DNA from: a virus
Taxonomy: Duplodnaviria; Caudoviricetes
DNA length: 57,017 bases
IMG/VR virus record: IMGVR_UViG_3300044724_004801
Coordinates: 1 to 57,017 of that record
Reading direction: 5' to 3' (one strand)
Part shown: positions 36,536 to 47,500 of the stretch, in pieces
How positions within the stretch are numbered: position 1 is the stretch's first letter
Layout of the letters: each line of letters opens with the position of its first letter
Notes under the pieces: model-generated
The model's input: the letters and a program-made list of their open reading frames with translations, nothing else
What the model was told of the DNA's origin: nothing
The model's database searches: none
Translations under genes and position numbers: made by a program

Positions 36536-37588
36536 ATGGCTAATAAAAAAGATGATATTGATAATATAATTATGGAGGCAATGCCGGGTGGCGAGCCTTT
36601 AAAAGAAGAAGATACTAAGTTTGACGTAGATCTAAATTTTGGAGATGTACCCCAGGAGGAGGAAACAGATGAAGAAGTCTCAGAAGAAGTTAACGTTGCT
36701 CCAGAGGAAGAAGTTGTTGAAGAAGAAGTTGAACAGCAAGAAGAAGAGGAAGAATCTTCAGAACCAGAAGCTGTTAGCGAAGAAAGCGTGGATGGAGAGA
36801 GCGAAGGAACTCCACAACCAGATCTTCAATCAATTGAGGGAAGCAATGAAGACACTACCCAAGAAGTAAACGAACAAAAAGCACCTATGGTGCCTAAATC
36901 AAGGCTAGATGAAGTGTTAGCGAAACAAAAAGCCCTACAAAAACAGTTAGATGAGCTAAATCAAGCTAAAGAACAGGCTTCAAAAGATGCTCCTGAGTAC
37001 GACTTTGCAGCAAAAGAGTCTGAATATCAGGAATTAGTGCTTAATGGTGAAGCAGAAAAGGCCGTAGAACTAAGAAATGAGATAAGAAATGCTGAAAAAG
37101 AGCAGTTTATGTTTGAAGTACAGCAAAAGATGGGCCAAACCGTGCAACAAAGCCAAGAAATGACCGCTTTACAGCAAAAAGCCACTGAAATACAAGCAAA
37201 ATACCCGATTTTAGACGAAAATAGCGCCACTTTTGACGCAGATTTGACTCAAGAGGTATTAGATTTACGTGATGCTTTTATGGTACAGGGTTTTTCTGGC
37301 TCAGATGCATTACAAAAAGCCACAGATTATACTTTAGCAGCTAAAAAACCAGAGTTACTAAGTCCAACACCTGCTCCTCAACCAAAAGTTGATAATACTG
37401 TTGCAGAAAAGAAGAAAGTAGCAAATATAAATAAAAAATTACAAGCTGCCGACTCTCAACCACCCCAAATGAAAGGTGAAGGTGCTAGAGGAGAAAAGAA
37501 AGTAGATTTAAACATGTTATCTGATGATGAGTTCAGCGCACTTCCCGAGGAAACTTTGAGAAGACTGCGTGGTGACTTTGGAACATAG
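36536..37588 (+). CDS. Capsid scaffolding protein
   Basis: Acidic, coiled coil, VPKSRLDEV; between portal and MCP. Confidence 0.8.
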   Translation: MANKKDDIDNIIMEAMPGGEPLKEEDTKFDVDLNFGDVPQEEETDEEVSEEVNVAPEEEVVEEEVEQQEEEEESSEPEAVSEESVDGESEGTPQPDLQSIEGSNEDTTQEVNEQKAPMVPKSRLDEVLAKQKALQKQLDELNQAKEQASKDAPEYDFAAKESEYQELVLNGEAEKAVELRNEIRNAEKEQFMFEVQQKMGQTVQQSQEMTALQQKATEIQAKYPILDENSATFDADLTQEVLDLRDAFMVQGFSGSDALQKATDYTLAAKKPELLSPTPAPQPKVDNTVAEKKKVANINKKLQAADSQPPQMKGEGARGEKKVDLNMLSDDEFSALPEETLRRLRGDFGT

Positions 37589-37809
37589 TTGGTATAACAT
37601 ATAAGTTCGCAAGCTAAAGCGATATTTAGCACGGGTCGTTCCGGTAACAAACGCTTTCGCCTGTCATGGCGTAAATCTGGCTGATGTCGTGATCGTTAAA
37701 ACACGAAAACGTCTCCCAACGATAAAGGGTATACGGGTAAATTAGTCGGCCCACAATAGAAAAGCGACTGGTTAGTTTAACTTTTAACTTAATTTGGAGG
37801 ACGCCACAA
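37589..37809 (+). promoter_or_regulatory. Long structured 5' leader of the major capsid gene with -10-like element
   Basis: TGGTATAAC at 37590; several short stems; GGAGG SD. Confidence 0.5.
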
Positions 37810-38955
37810 ATGGCTAATACAAACTTTTCATCACTGACCAGTGAACAGCTTACTATCTGGTCTCGTGATTTTTGGCGTGTTGCTAGGAATATGTCCTTCA
37901 TTAACCAATTCGCGGGTAGCGGACCTAACGCTATGGTTCAGAGAATTTCTGAACTTACTCAATCAGAAAAGGGAGCAAGAGCTGTATTAACACTTCTTGC
38001 TGACATGACTGGTGACGGTATTGTTGGGGATAACACTCTCGAAGGTAATGAAGAAGCATTAAGAGCCTACGACATCGTTGTTCAACTTGATCAATTGAGA
38101 TTTGCTAATAGACTAGCTGGTAGATTAGCTGATCAAAAATCAGTTGTAAATTTCCGTGAGCACTCAAGAGACGCTCTTGCGTATGCAATGGCTGATCGTA
38201 TTGACCAATTAGCGTTTTTAACGCTTTCTGGTATTGACTACACACTTAAAAATAGTGGTGCATTAAGATCTGTTCTATCTTCAGGACAAAATCTTGGTGA
38301 CCTTACTTTTGCAGGTGATGTAACAGCACCAACCTCTAACAGACATAAGAGATGGGACGCAACTTCAGGTCTAGTAGCTGGAGATGTTACTGCAGTTGAT
38401 TCTGCAGATACTATTTCTTATGAATGTATCGTGTCTTTAAAAGCTTTTGCTAAAGACAACTACATGAGAGGTATCAGAGGCGCTGGTGGCGAAGAGGTAT
38501 ACCACATGTTTGTATCACCTCAAGTAATGGCTGACCTTAAACTTGACACAGATTTTCTTGCTAACGTAAGAAACGCTGGTGTAAGAGGACCTAGCAACTC
38601 ATTGTTCTCAGGTACTTCAAGCTTAATGGTTGATGGTGTTATGATCCACGAGTTCAGACACGTATTCAATACAGCTAACGCTACTACAGGTACTTCAGCT
38701 GAAGCCGGTGATCCTGGCTACAAATGGGGTGCTGATGCTGATATTAATGGTTCAGCAGCTCTATTCTGTGGAGCGCAAGCCCTTGCTATGGCTGATATTG
38801 GTCTTCCTGAAATTGTCGAAGATACTTTCGACTATGGAAACCAAAATGGTATCTCCATTGGTAAGATTTTCGGTCTTAAAAAGCCTAAGTATCAATCTGA
38901 CTATAATGGCAGTGTTGAAGACTTCGGTGTTATCAGACTGGATGTTGCATACTAA
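37810..38955 (+). CDS. Major capsid protein (N4-gp56/DUF4043-like)
   Basis: GDNTLEGNEEAL, DQLR, DGVMIHE, CGAQALA, DYGN, DFGVI; size and position. Confidence 0.92.
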   Translation: MANTNFSSLTSEQLTIWSRDFWRVARNMSFINQFAGSGPNAMVQRISELTQSEKGARAVLTLLADMTGDGIVGDNTLEGNEEALRAYDIVVQLDQLRFANRLAGRLADQKSVVNFREHSRDALAYAMADRIDQLAFLTLSGIDYTLKNSGALRSVLSSGQNLGDLTFAGDVTAPTSNRHKRWDATSGLVAGDVTAVDSADTISYECIVSLKAFAKDNYMRGIRGAGGEEVYHMFVSPQVMADLKLDTDFLANVRNAGVRGPSNSLFSGTSSLMVDGVMIHEFRHVFNTANATTGTSAEAGDPGYKWGADADINGSAALFCGAQALAMADIGLPEIVEDTFDYGNQNGISIGKIFGLKKPKYQSDYNGSVEDFGVIRLDVAY

Positions 38956-38965
38956 GTATGTGTTC

Positions 38966-39000
38966 TTGGGTGGTTCAATTACGAACCACCCAACTTTTAT
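38966..39000 (+). terminator. Rho-independent terminator after MCP
   Basis: ttgggtggttc-aattac-gaaccacccaa-cttttat. Confidence 0.8.
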
Positions 39001-39012
39001 TAGGAGAAAAAA

Positions 39013-39273
39013 GTGAAAATAATTTCAGATAAGGATAGGTATATTGCAACAACTTGGGGAGCTGCTGTAAGATTAGAAGCAGGCGTACCAAAAGTAGTTG
39101 GAGATAAAATTGGTTTACTCTGTTTACAAGAAGGTTGTAAAAGAGTTGAAGAAATAAAAGATAAAAAACCAAGCGAACCAATTAATGAAATAGAGGTTGA
39201 AATTAAGGAAGAAGTAAAACCAACAGTTAAAAAAACAGTTAAGAAAAAGACAACTAAAAAGAAAAGTAGCTAA
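39013..39273 (+). CDS. Hypothetical protein with Lys-rich tail
   Basis: GTG start, AGGAG SD. Confidence 0.65.
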   Translation: MKIISDKDRYIATTWGAAVRLEAGVPKVVGDKIGLLCLQEGCKRVEEIKDKKPSEPINEIEVEIKEEVKPTVKKTVKKKTTKKKSS

Positions 39274-39989
39274 TGGGAACACTAACGGGCACTAATATTA
39301 TTGATAGAGCTAGATATGTATTACAAGATAGTTCTGGTGTTCGTTGGACTGATGCAGAACTCTTAGATTATATTAATGATGGTCAAAGAGAAATTACTAA
39401 TCTTAAACCCGAAGCAAAAGCTACTCATTCGAATGTACAATTAAGCACAGGAACGGAACAATCGTTGCCTTCCGGCGGACTTCGTCTTATTAAAGTCAAC
39501 CGCAATGTATCAAGTACAGCTTCAGATGCAACTGGTGGCAAAGCTATAAGAATAATAGAAGAAGATCTTTTAAATTCAATTGAACCTGATTGGCATGATC
39601 CAACAGTAACAGGATCTTCTGCCCATGGGGCTATCATTAAAAACTATGTTTTTGATTCTGATGACCCTAAAAAATTCTATGTATATCCGGGCGTTAAATC
39701 TGGGTCTAATGCTTATGTAGAACTAATTTATTCTTCTTTGCCTGCAGATTTATCTGTGGTTTCTGATACTATTGATGTAGAAGATACTTATGGTAATGCT
39801 TTGTTAAATTTCGTTTTATATAGGTCTTATTTAAAAGACGCAGAATATGCAGGTAACCAACAAAGAGCAGGTACTCACTACCAAATATTTTTAAGTAGTA
39901 TTGGTGCAAGTGGTTCCGCTGATTTAATGATCGACCCAAATAATGATAGAAATGCGGGCCCGACAATGATACCCCAGGTAGGAGCATAA
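39273..39989 (+). CDS. Head-tail adaptor-like protein
   Basis: LQD....RWTDAELLDYINDGQ, FYVYP, LYRSYLKD. Confidence 0.75.
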   Translation: MGTLTGTNIIDRARYVLQDSSGVRWTDAELLDYINDGQREITNLKPEAKATHSNVQLSTGTEQSLPSGGLRLIKVNRNVSSTASDATGGKAIRIIEEDLLNSIEPDWHDPTVTGSSAHGAIIKNYVFDSDDPKKFYVYPGVKSGSNAYVELIYSSLPADLSVVSDTIDVEDTYGNALLNFVLYRSYLKDAEYAGNQQRAGTHYQIFLSSIGASGSADLMIDPNNDRNAGPTMIPQVGA

Positions 39990-39990
39990 T

Positions 39991-40674
39991 ATGGCAAATT
40001 TTAGTTCGTTAGTAAAAGAAGTTTTGCCTTACGTACCAAATTGTCCGGACACTCTCGTAGAGTCTAATCTTAGATCGGCAACCATCGAACTTTGTGAAAG
40101 ATCAAAAGCATATGTGTATGATCTTGACCCAATTACTACTATAAGTGGCGTTTATGAGTATGAGTTCGATCAACCTACAGGTACGGATGTCCATCAAATC
40201 CTTTGGATGACATATGATGGTGATGATTTAGACCCCATAAGCCCAAGAAGTTTAGAATTAAATTATCCTGATTGGAGAAACAAAACAGCTTTACCCCAAG
40301 TTTACTTACAAAAAAGCCCGGACCTTTTTTGGGTTGTACCTGTTCCAAACAGCGCAATCACAAACGGCTTACAACTAAGCGTTGCTCTTAAACCCACAAG
40401 AACATCAAATAATATTGATACTGACTTTTCTAATGATTATAGAGATGGAATTATCTATGGAGCTCTTTACAGACTATTAAGAATACCAAGACGAGATTGG
40501 TCTGACCCACAAGCGGCTGCAGATTACCTTAATTTATTTAATCAAGAAGTATCACAAGCAGAACAAAGAGCCAGATCGGGAGATCTTGGTGTTAGAAGAT
40601 TAGTTAAATACCGAGGAGTAGGATTGTCTCCGCGTAAGAGGTATAAGAGATATGGTTCAGAGATCGACTATTAA
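39991..40674 (+). CDS. Head-tail adaptor / tail tubular-like protein
   Basis: VPNCPD...LCE.S, ALKP, GAL.RL...WSDP; position. Confidence 0.65.
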   Translation: MANFSSLVKEVLPYVPNCPDTLVESNLRSATIELCERSKAYVYDLDPITTISGVYEYEFDQPTGTDVHQILWMTYDGDDLDPISPRSLELNYPDWRNKTALPQVYLQKSPDLFWVVPVPNSAITNGLQLSVALKPTRTSNNIDTDFSNDYRDGIIYGALYRLLRIPRRDWSDPQAAADYLNLFNQEVSQAEQRARSGDLGVRRLVKYRGVGLSPRKRYKRYGSEIDY

Positions 40675-41095
40675 TGGAATCTCAATTGAAGCTATACCTG
40701 TAAACGAACTTCGTTATGCTTTTGCACAAATTGAAAACGATTTACAGTATATAAGAACTAAAAGCTTTTCTGATTGGATTGTATCTGATATTTACTTAGC
40801 TTTAAGGAATGAGCAATCAACTTTGTATATGTTTTACAAAGATGATGAGTACATTGGGTTTATAATTACTTCATTAATATCAGACCCAGGTGGAGAGCTT
40901 ACTTTATTTGTGTGGGCAACTTACCAAAAACCGGAGTATAATTATAGACAGGTGGGCTTTGATTTTTTAGACAAGCTTGCCTTAGACAAAAAAGTGAAAA
41001 CTATTGAGTTTCACACAAGTCGCCAAGGATGGGAACGGGTTGCAGGGAAGCACGGATTTGAATTAACAAGTTACGTTTATAGAAAAGAAGTATGA
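40652..41095 (+). CDS. GNAT-fold morphogenesis protein (positional analogue of P22 gp14/T7 gp13)
   Basis: IGFII...SRQGWERV...GF; position before ejection proteins. Confidence 0.55.
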   Translation: MVQRSTINGISIEAIPVNELRYAFAQIENDLQYIRTKSFSDWIVSDIYLALRNEQSTLYMFYKDDEYIGFIITSLISDPGGELTLFVWATYQKPEYNYRQVGFDFLDKLALDKKVKTIEFHTSRQGWERVAGKHGFELTSYVYRKEV

Positions 41096-41733
41096 GCTCA
41101 AAACCAAAACAAAGCCAGTACCAAGCTTCTGAACAAGAAAAAACTCTTGCTGCAGTAAGTCAGGCAGAAAAAGAATATTTTAATCAAAAGTACGGCCCGT
41201 TATTGCGCGAAATGCGGGATTTATCTGAGAAAGAAGATTTAGGCGCTTTATCTCGTGGCAGAGCACAAGCAGATACCATGCAGACCTTAACTACTAGACC
41301 AACTTTACAAGCTGCTCGTTCTGTTGATACTGCTGCAGATTTAGCTTCGGCCGCTTCTGCCCAACAAATCGCTGGAAGTGCTCAAGGGCTAAGTGCACAA
41401 AGACAAAAACAAATTGGTGTATTAGGCACAGCTAGGGGACAAGCCGCAGAGGCACAAGCCGGTCTAGCAAAAGCAGCTCGAATTCAATCCACAAAACAGT
41501 TAGAAGAAGCAAGAGCAAAACAAACAATTAGAAATGCTCGTTTAGCTGCGGGAATACAATTAGGGACAACTCTTGGACTCCAAGGCATGAAAAATAAGGC
41601 TGAGGGAGGAAGCTTTTTCACTCCTAAATCTGTAGCCGGGGGCCAATCTAGGTTTGATTTTGCAAAAGGGCAAATACAAGATTATTTTGGTTTTGGCAAA
41701 CCCCTGTCTCAGGTTCCAGAGGGAGGAGGATAG
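41092..41733 (+). CDS. Putative DNA ejection/internal virion protein
   Basis: Ala/Gln-rich helical; position. Confidence 0.6.
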   Translation: MSSKPKQSQYQASEQEKTLAAVSQAEKEYFNQKYGPLLREMRDLSEKEDLGALSRGRAQADTMQTLTTRPTLQAARSVDTAADLASAASAQQIAGSAQGLSAQRQKQIGVLGTARGQAAEAQAGLAKAARIQSTKQLEEARAKQTIRNARLAAGIQLGTTLGLQGMKNKAEGGSFFTPKSVAGGQSRFDFAKGQIQDYFGFGKPLSQVPEGGG

Positions 41734-41736
41734 GTT

Positions 41737-42312
41737 ATGGCACTTTTTAATTTAGCAGATATGCCCCAAAAAAGAACTACTTCTGTAAGCAATCTCCCTG
41801 AAGTAAAAGACCCTGAAAAGGTTTATGCAAATATTACAAGACAAGATTTTGAAAACTATCTTAGAGATTTTCGCCCTTTTGAAGAAAGGCTAATTGCAGC
41901 AAAAGACGACACGTCTTTAATTGAAAAGGCAAGAGAAGATGTTGCTAAACAAAATAGAATTGCCCAACAGATTCAACAAAGAAATCTTGAGCGATATGGC
42001 GGCGCAGGTCTAAGTATGGCACAAAGGCAAGAGCAACAGAGAGCTTTGCAAAGAACCGGCCAACTAAGTCTTGCAGGGGGCTTAAATAATGCTCTTATTC
42101 AACAACGAGAAATTAACCAACAAACTTTGGCAGATTTAATAAATATTGGTCAAGGTGTAAATAGGAGCTCTTTACAAGGGTTGGGCGACGCTTCAGCGAT
42201 GGCTGCAAACCGTCAAGCTGCATATAAAAATGCAAAAGCTCAACATTCAGCACAAATGATGTCTATGGGAGCGGGCCTTGGCTCACTAGCCTTAATGGCA
42301 TTTGGGATATAA
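41737..42312 (+). CDS. Putative DNA ejection/internal virion protein
   Basis: Gln-rich, C-terminal Gly/hydrophobic helix. Confidence 0.6.
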   Translation: MALFNLADMPQKRTTSVSNLPEVKDPEKVYANITRQDFENYLRDFRPFEERLIAAKDDTSLIEKAREDVAKQNRIAQQIQQRNLERYGGAGLSMAQRQEQQRALQRTGQLSLAGGLNNALIQQREINQQTLADLINIGQGVNRSSLQGLGDASAMAANRQAAYKNAKAQHSAQMMSMGAGLGSLALMAFGI

Positions 42313-42315
42313 ATT

Positions 42316-44529
42316 ATGGCAGATCCATTTACTTCAGCAGTACAAAGTTTCGCTCAGTTTGGAAGACAAGGTTTATTAAACCAACAGACCCGACAGGGTA
42401 TGGAAATGAATCAACTTGCTTTGGATTCAGAAAATGCTAATAGGGCGTTAAATGAATTTGAAGGAGCCGGAATAGTTCAATTCAATCCAGATAACAATAC
42501 CTATATGGTCGCGCCAGATTGGTATCAAAAACTTCAACAAGTTCCTGAAACTGAAAGACAATCTTTATTAGCGGGGGTGCAATCTTATTTAGGCGCATAT
42601 GAAGACAAAGGAAAAGTTGAAGTTGGACAGATATCTGGTTTAGTTCCAGTTAAAGGGAAGCTTCCAACCTCGTTACAAGATTCGTCAGAAGAAGAAAAAC
42701 AAGCGTGGCTTAGTGACCCCAATAACGTGGCTTTTGCTGTTCCAATTAAACGAAAAGATGGGATTCTTAGTTTTATAACTAGAAACCGTTCTTCTTCTCC
42801 GGACGATGATGAAGCTGTTATTTTAAGTGGTTCACAAGTTGCTTCTTGGATAGGAGCAAGAGCCAACAAATTAAACAGGTTACGTAATCCAGAAGCTTAT
42901 AGAGCGGGCGCTATTTTAAATCAACAAAGAGGCACTTTAGCTCCCACAGGCACGGGGCAAGCAGGAGTTACTTTTGATACTCTTATGGATGAGTTAACTA
43001 ATGAATTAGATAGAGTAGAAACCAACCCAGAGTTAGCAGGAACTGGAGCCCAGACGGATTCTCTTGGACAAGTTCTTTCGCTATGGGAAACAAGCTATGA
43101 TGAAAATCTAAAAAAACAATACAACCAACAGAATGTTGGAGGCACTTCTGACGCATCAGACCCAAGAGTGGGTCAACGTGGAATTGAATTTAAAGAAGCA
43201 AAAAACCAAGCTTTTAAAGATATGGATAAAGAAGCGGGTAAAACTAAATCTAAAGTTCCTTTACTAAAAGGCGGCGGAGGTCTTGCTAATATTTCTACCC
43301 AAATCCCTGGGATTATTGATGGATCTGTTAGTGGGAAAGATATTAAATATTCAACTAACACGGTTCTATATAACTTTTGGAAAACTAAAGAGGGCAATGA
43401 GGGACTTACTAGGAACTCTGATGAGTGGAAAGCTGTTACAAGTGATGCAGAAGCTATGAAACAGTTGGCTGGAGAATATTTTCCTGCAGCAAAACAACAA
43501 ATGAGTGATGCGGGTTTTGACTTACGTTATTTAGAAGATTATACAGATGTGGGTGATGTCAAAGAGATTACTGCACCAATGGTTCAAAGCGATTTTCCTG
43601 ATATGCCAGATTTAACTGGTATTACTACAAAAGAGCAAGCTTTAGAGTTACTAGACAGTGGGAAGTTATCTCAAATACTAAGCCAAGAAGTTATTGATAG
43701 GTCAAGAACCCTTTTACAAGAACAGGGTATAACAGATAGTACTTCCTTTAACAAAGCTGTACAGGAAGGCAAAATTAAAGATCCATATATCCATAGCTTA
43801 ATTATTGCTAACGCAATTGCTGGCCCAGGTGCTACTCAAACTAATATAAGAGCACAAGCGCTTGAGTTGTTTAACAATATAAAAACTGGAGATCCACAGG
43901 CTGGACCCAGACAATTAGTTGCAGATCAGATAAATCTAATGAACACAAAAGCAGATTACCTAAAATGGTTGGCTACCCAAAGTTCTACCTATAGAGATGC
44001 TATAAAGGAACAAATGAGTAAATTAGATGATGCGTGGGATGAAACTAGTTTAGCTTATTTTAGTAAAGAGGACGATGCTAACTATGAAGGAAACTATGTG
44101 AATGCTTTAACTTCTACTGAAGGCTTCCTAAATGAACTTAAACTTGCGGGAGTAAATGACCCTTTAGGGTACATAAAAAAAGTTTTATCCCCCACAACCT
44201 ATGAGAAAATAAGCAACGGTCTTTCTAGAAATATCTATGATTCTTTAGGCTCAAATTGGAATATATTTACTGCTGATTTTTGGAGCGATATCCCAAGAGA
44301 AAATAACCCAAATGCTTTATCAAATGCTATTGATACAATGGGCACGCTAGTAGACAGCCAAGGAAGAGTTACAAAGTTTGTTAGAATTAAAAGAGTTGGC
44401 GGCAGAATTATTGAAGTAGAAGGGAGTGATACCCCGGCTAATATTTTAAATCAAACTGACCCAAGGACTTATAATATTCTAATTAGGATGCTACCTGTAG
44501 TAAACAGGCAAGATAATGGCCAACAGTAA
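42316..44529 (+). CDS. Putative internal virion/ejection protein
   Basis: 737-aa ORF between small ejection proteins and the largest gene. Confidence 0.6.
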   Translation: MADPFTSAVQSFAQFGRQGLLNQQTRQGMEMNQLALDSENANRALNEFEGAGIVQFNPDNNTYMVAPDWYQKLQQVPETERQSLLAGVQSYLGAYEDKGKVEVGQISGLVPVKGKLPTSLQDSSEEEKQAWLSDPNNVAFAVPIKRKDGILSFITRNRSSSPDDDEAVILSGSQVASWIGARANKLNRLRNPEAYRAGAILNQQRGTLAPTGTGQAGVTFDTLMDELTNELDRVETNPELAGTGAQTDSLGQVLSLWETSYDENLKKQYNQQNVGGTSDASDPRVGQRGIEFKEAKNQAFKDMDKEAGKTKSKVPLLKGGGGLANISTQIPGIIDGSVSGKDIKYSTNTVLYNFWKTKEGNEGLTRNSDEWKAVTSDAEAMKQLAGEYFPAAKQQMSDAGFDLRYLEDYTDVGDVKEITAPMVQSDFPDMPDLTGITTKEQALELLDSGKLSQILSQEVIDRSRTLLQEQGITDSTSFNKAVQEGKIKDPYIHSLIIANAIAGPGATQTNIRAQALELFNNIKTGDPQAGPRQLVADQINLMNTKADYLKWLATQSSTYRDAIKEQMSKLDDAWDETSLAYFSKEDDANYEGNYVNALTSTEGFLNELKLAGVNDPLGYIKKVLSPTTYEKISNGLSRNIYDSLGSNWNIFTADFWSDIPRENNPNALSNAIDTMGTLVDSQGRVTKFVRIKRVGGRIIEVEGSDTPANILNQTDPRTYNILIRMLPVVNRQDNGQQ

Positions 44530-47500
44530 TGACCCAATTAATAAATTCCTTGTTGGTGATTTAGCAGACACTACAAAACCCACTTTTTCTGGCGCCGGAA
44601 CTTTATCTGACACTACTCGTGCCCCCGCTTTTGGTCGGGTAGAAGGGTTTGATCCTGCAGCAGCTTTTGAAGCAGGTCGGCAAGCAGGCTCTCAATCCTT
44701 ATTATCAACTACAAATTATTTTAGAGCTTTAGGAAATTCATTGCTTGGAGATGAAGAAGCAATGCAGAATGCTATTCTTGATGCACAACGCGCAGAAGGA
44801 GATTCGGCTGCTTATTTAAGCGAGTTTCAATCTTTTGAAGAATTTTTAGACCAACCAACTTTTTCTGGATTTTTAAATCAAGCTTTTCTTGCGACAGGCC
44901 AATTTACTCCGACCGCTTTAGCCAGTGTTCTGGCTGCTTTTACTGGAGCCGGTATTGGTGCAGTCGTAGGGGGAAGTGCTTTAAAAATGGGGGGAAGTGC
45001 CGCTCTTACAAATTTAGCAGCCAAAAAAGTAGCAGAAAAAGAATTTAGAGAGTTAGCTTTAAAACGTCTTAAAAATGAAGCTATGGATGTTGATGATGAG
45101 CTTTTAGAAGATGCTATCTACCAACAACTAAGACGCGATTACATGAAAAAAGCTAGCACGAGAGGGGCGCTTACTGGTGCTTTTGCTTCTGAATACCCGC
45201 AATTAGCTGGGGTTTCTTTTGGAACTTTTGCTGAACAAGATATGACGGACCCTGTATCTGCTTTTACTGCGGCCGGAATCGGTGTCCCCGCAGCAGCAAT
45301 TGGTGTGGGTGGAGAAGCTCTTGTCGCTAAATACTTTTTAAACAAATTAAAAAAGGGGGATGGTCCTGTTCACAAAAGCATCATTCGAGCTATGGGGAAA
45401 GGAGCGGTAACAACCGGGGGTATTGAAGGGTTAACCGAACTTGCTCAAGAAGAAATAAATATTCAACAAAAATTTGCAATTGATCCAGACTATACAGCAG
45501 CTCACGCTAATTTAGATAGAGCACACTCTGCTTTTGCGGGCTTCTTTGGTGGAGCTGGTTTAGGTAGTCTTGGTGGAACTGTAACAGGAGTTGTTGAAAA
45601 AGCCCGTTCTTATGTGGATGAAAAATATGCTAACGAACAATATAGACAATTTAATGTTGAAAGATATGGAGACAATGAAGCTGGAGATGTATACAAAGAG
45701 CCAGCAGACTGGTTAGAAGCTCAATTTAATGCTTTGTTTGACCCCAATAACTCAAAAGACTCTGTTTATTTAGATACAAACAGTTTTAATCAAATGAACG
45801 CTTTAGTACAGCGTAATCCTGAACTTGCAAAAAGAATAGATGAGGAGCTTTTACAGAGTGAAGTTAACCCAGAAAATTATAGGCATGGGGCTTTATTTAC
45901 CACAAACCAAAATAAGCTAGATCAGTTTGTAAAAACCACAGTTGAAAATCCTTTAAACAGTATAGCTCTAGATAATACTTTAGTTGATATTTTAGGATAT
46001 GAGCATAGCAGAAAACCAGAAGACGATATGGTGGTTGAGGTTTTAGATGAAAACGGAAACCCTGTTTGGTATCAATCCACTAACGTAAAGGATGCTTCAG
46101 CTGTAGAAGCTAAAGCTAGAGAGCTGTTCCCTAAAGGAAAGATAGTTAAAAAGAATGTTAAGCAACATTTAGAAGAGCGTAACGCTAAGTTAGATGAGAC
46201 CGTTGAGACTAGAGACATTACAATTGAGGAAGAAACTATTACTGAAGCTGCAGGGGCCGATTACAATGCTTTAGTACAGAGATACAGAGCCCTTAGTCAA
46301 AAAGCCAATGAAGTGGGAGGGATTAATAATTTACCTCCACAAGAAAGAGAAGCTTTATTGAAGGACTATGGAAGAATATTACAAATACAAACTATAAGAA
46401 AACAAGGCACTACACAGCCAACTACTACAGGGCCAGTATCTCAAAAAGCTAGAATTTCCCCTGCGACTACTGAGGACCCTACTCTCGATAGATATTTAAA
46501 TCTAGTTGAAAAAGCTAGAAAATTGGGGGGCATAGATAAATTAAGTGCAGAAGAACAACAAACCCTACGACAAGATTTTATTGCTTTACAGCCAAATAAG
46601 GAGGGGGCATTTTCTCCAGATGAAGAAGTCCAAGCTAATTATTTATTTAGTGAAGGGGTTGTAGTTGAAGAGGGAGAAGGTTCAGAAGCTACACCTATTC
46701 GCCCTAAAAAGAATAAAGCCGAAATTAAACAAGCAAAAGAAGAAGCAAAAAAAGCTAGCCAACAATCTACTCCTAGAGATCCTCTTGCACCAAATGTACC
46801 GCCGGTTACGGTTTCTCCAGAGATTTTTAAAGAAGGCTGGAAAGCTGGACAAGCTCGAGAACAAGCTAATATTGATAGGGCAAGAGAACTAGTCGAACCT
46901 GAGTTTTTAGAAGAATTTAATAGGAACATTAGTGAAGGAAACTATAGTGATTCTTTATTAAAAGCCTTTATTAAACAGGCGGAGGACAACCCTAGTTTTG
47001 CGTTTAGGATTGATGAAGTGGTTGACAGTGAGGGAAATTCTAAAGGTTTATTTAATATTAAAAAACTCAGATTGCCCTTAGACGCACAAAACATGGAGCT
47101 AGAAACAGCTAAATGGGTTAGTGAAGCAAAAAGAATTGAAAGCAAAAGAGTACGAAAAGATAAAAAGCGCCCCACTTTTTGGACAATCACTAATTTAGAA
47201 AAAGGGGAAGCCGGCCAACAACAAATTTACATGCCATTAATTACTAGGTTTGGTACGCGTAATTTAGATAGACAGGGAGAGATGTCCCCAACCGCTGAAA
47301 CTGCTCAAGAAAGAGCTTTGTTAGGTTTTACTAATGCCGTAACCGAGCTTCTATTAAACGGGTATCAGCTTTACTACCGGGGGGTACCTTTTACTTTTGA
47401 TAGTTTAAACCAACAATTTTTTTATGAAGCCCCAGTTTTAAGTTTGCCAAGCCAAGCAACAGAAACAAATCCAGATGGGCTTATATCCCTTTTCGATTTA

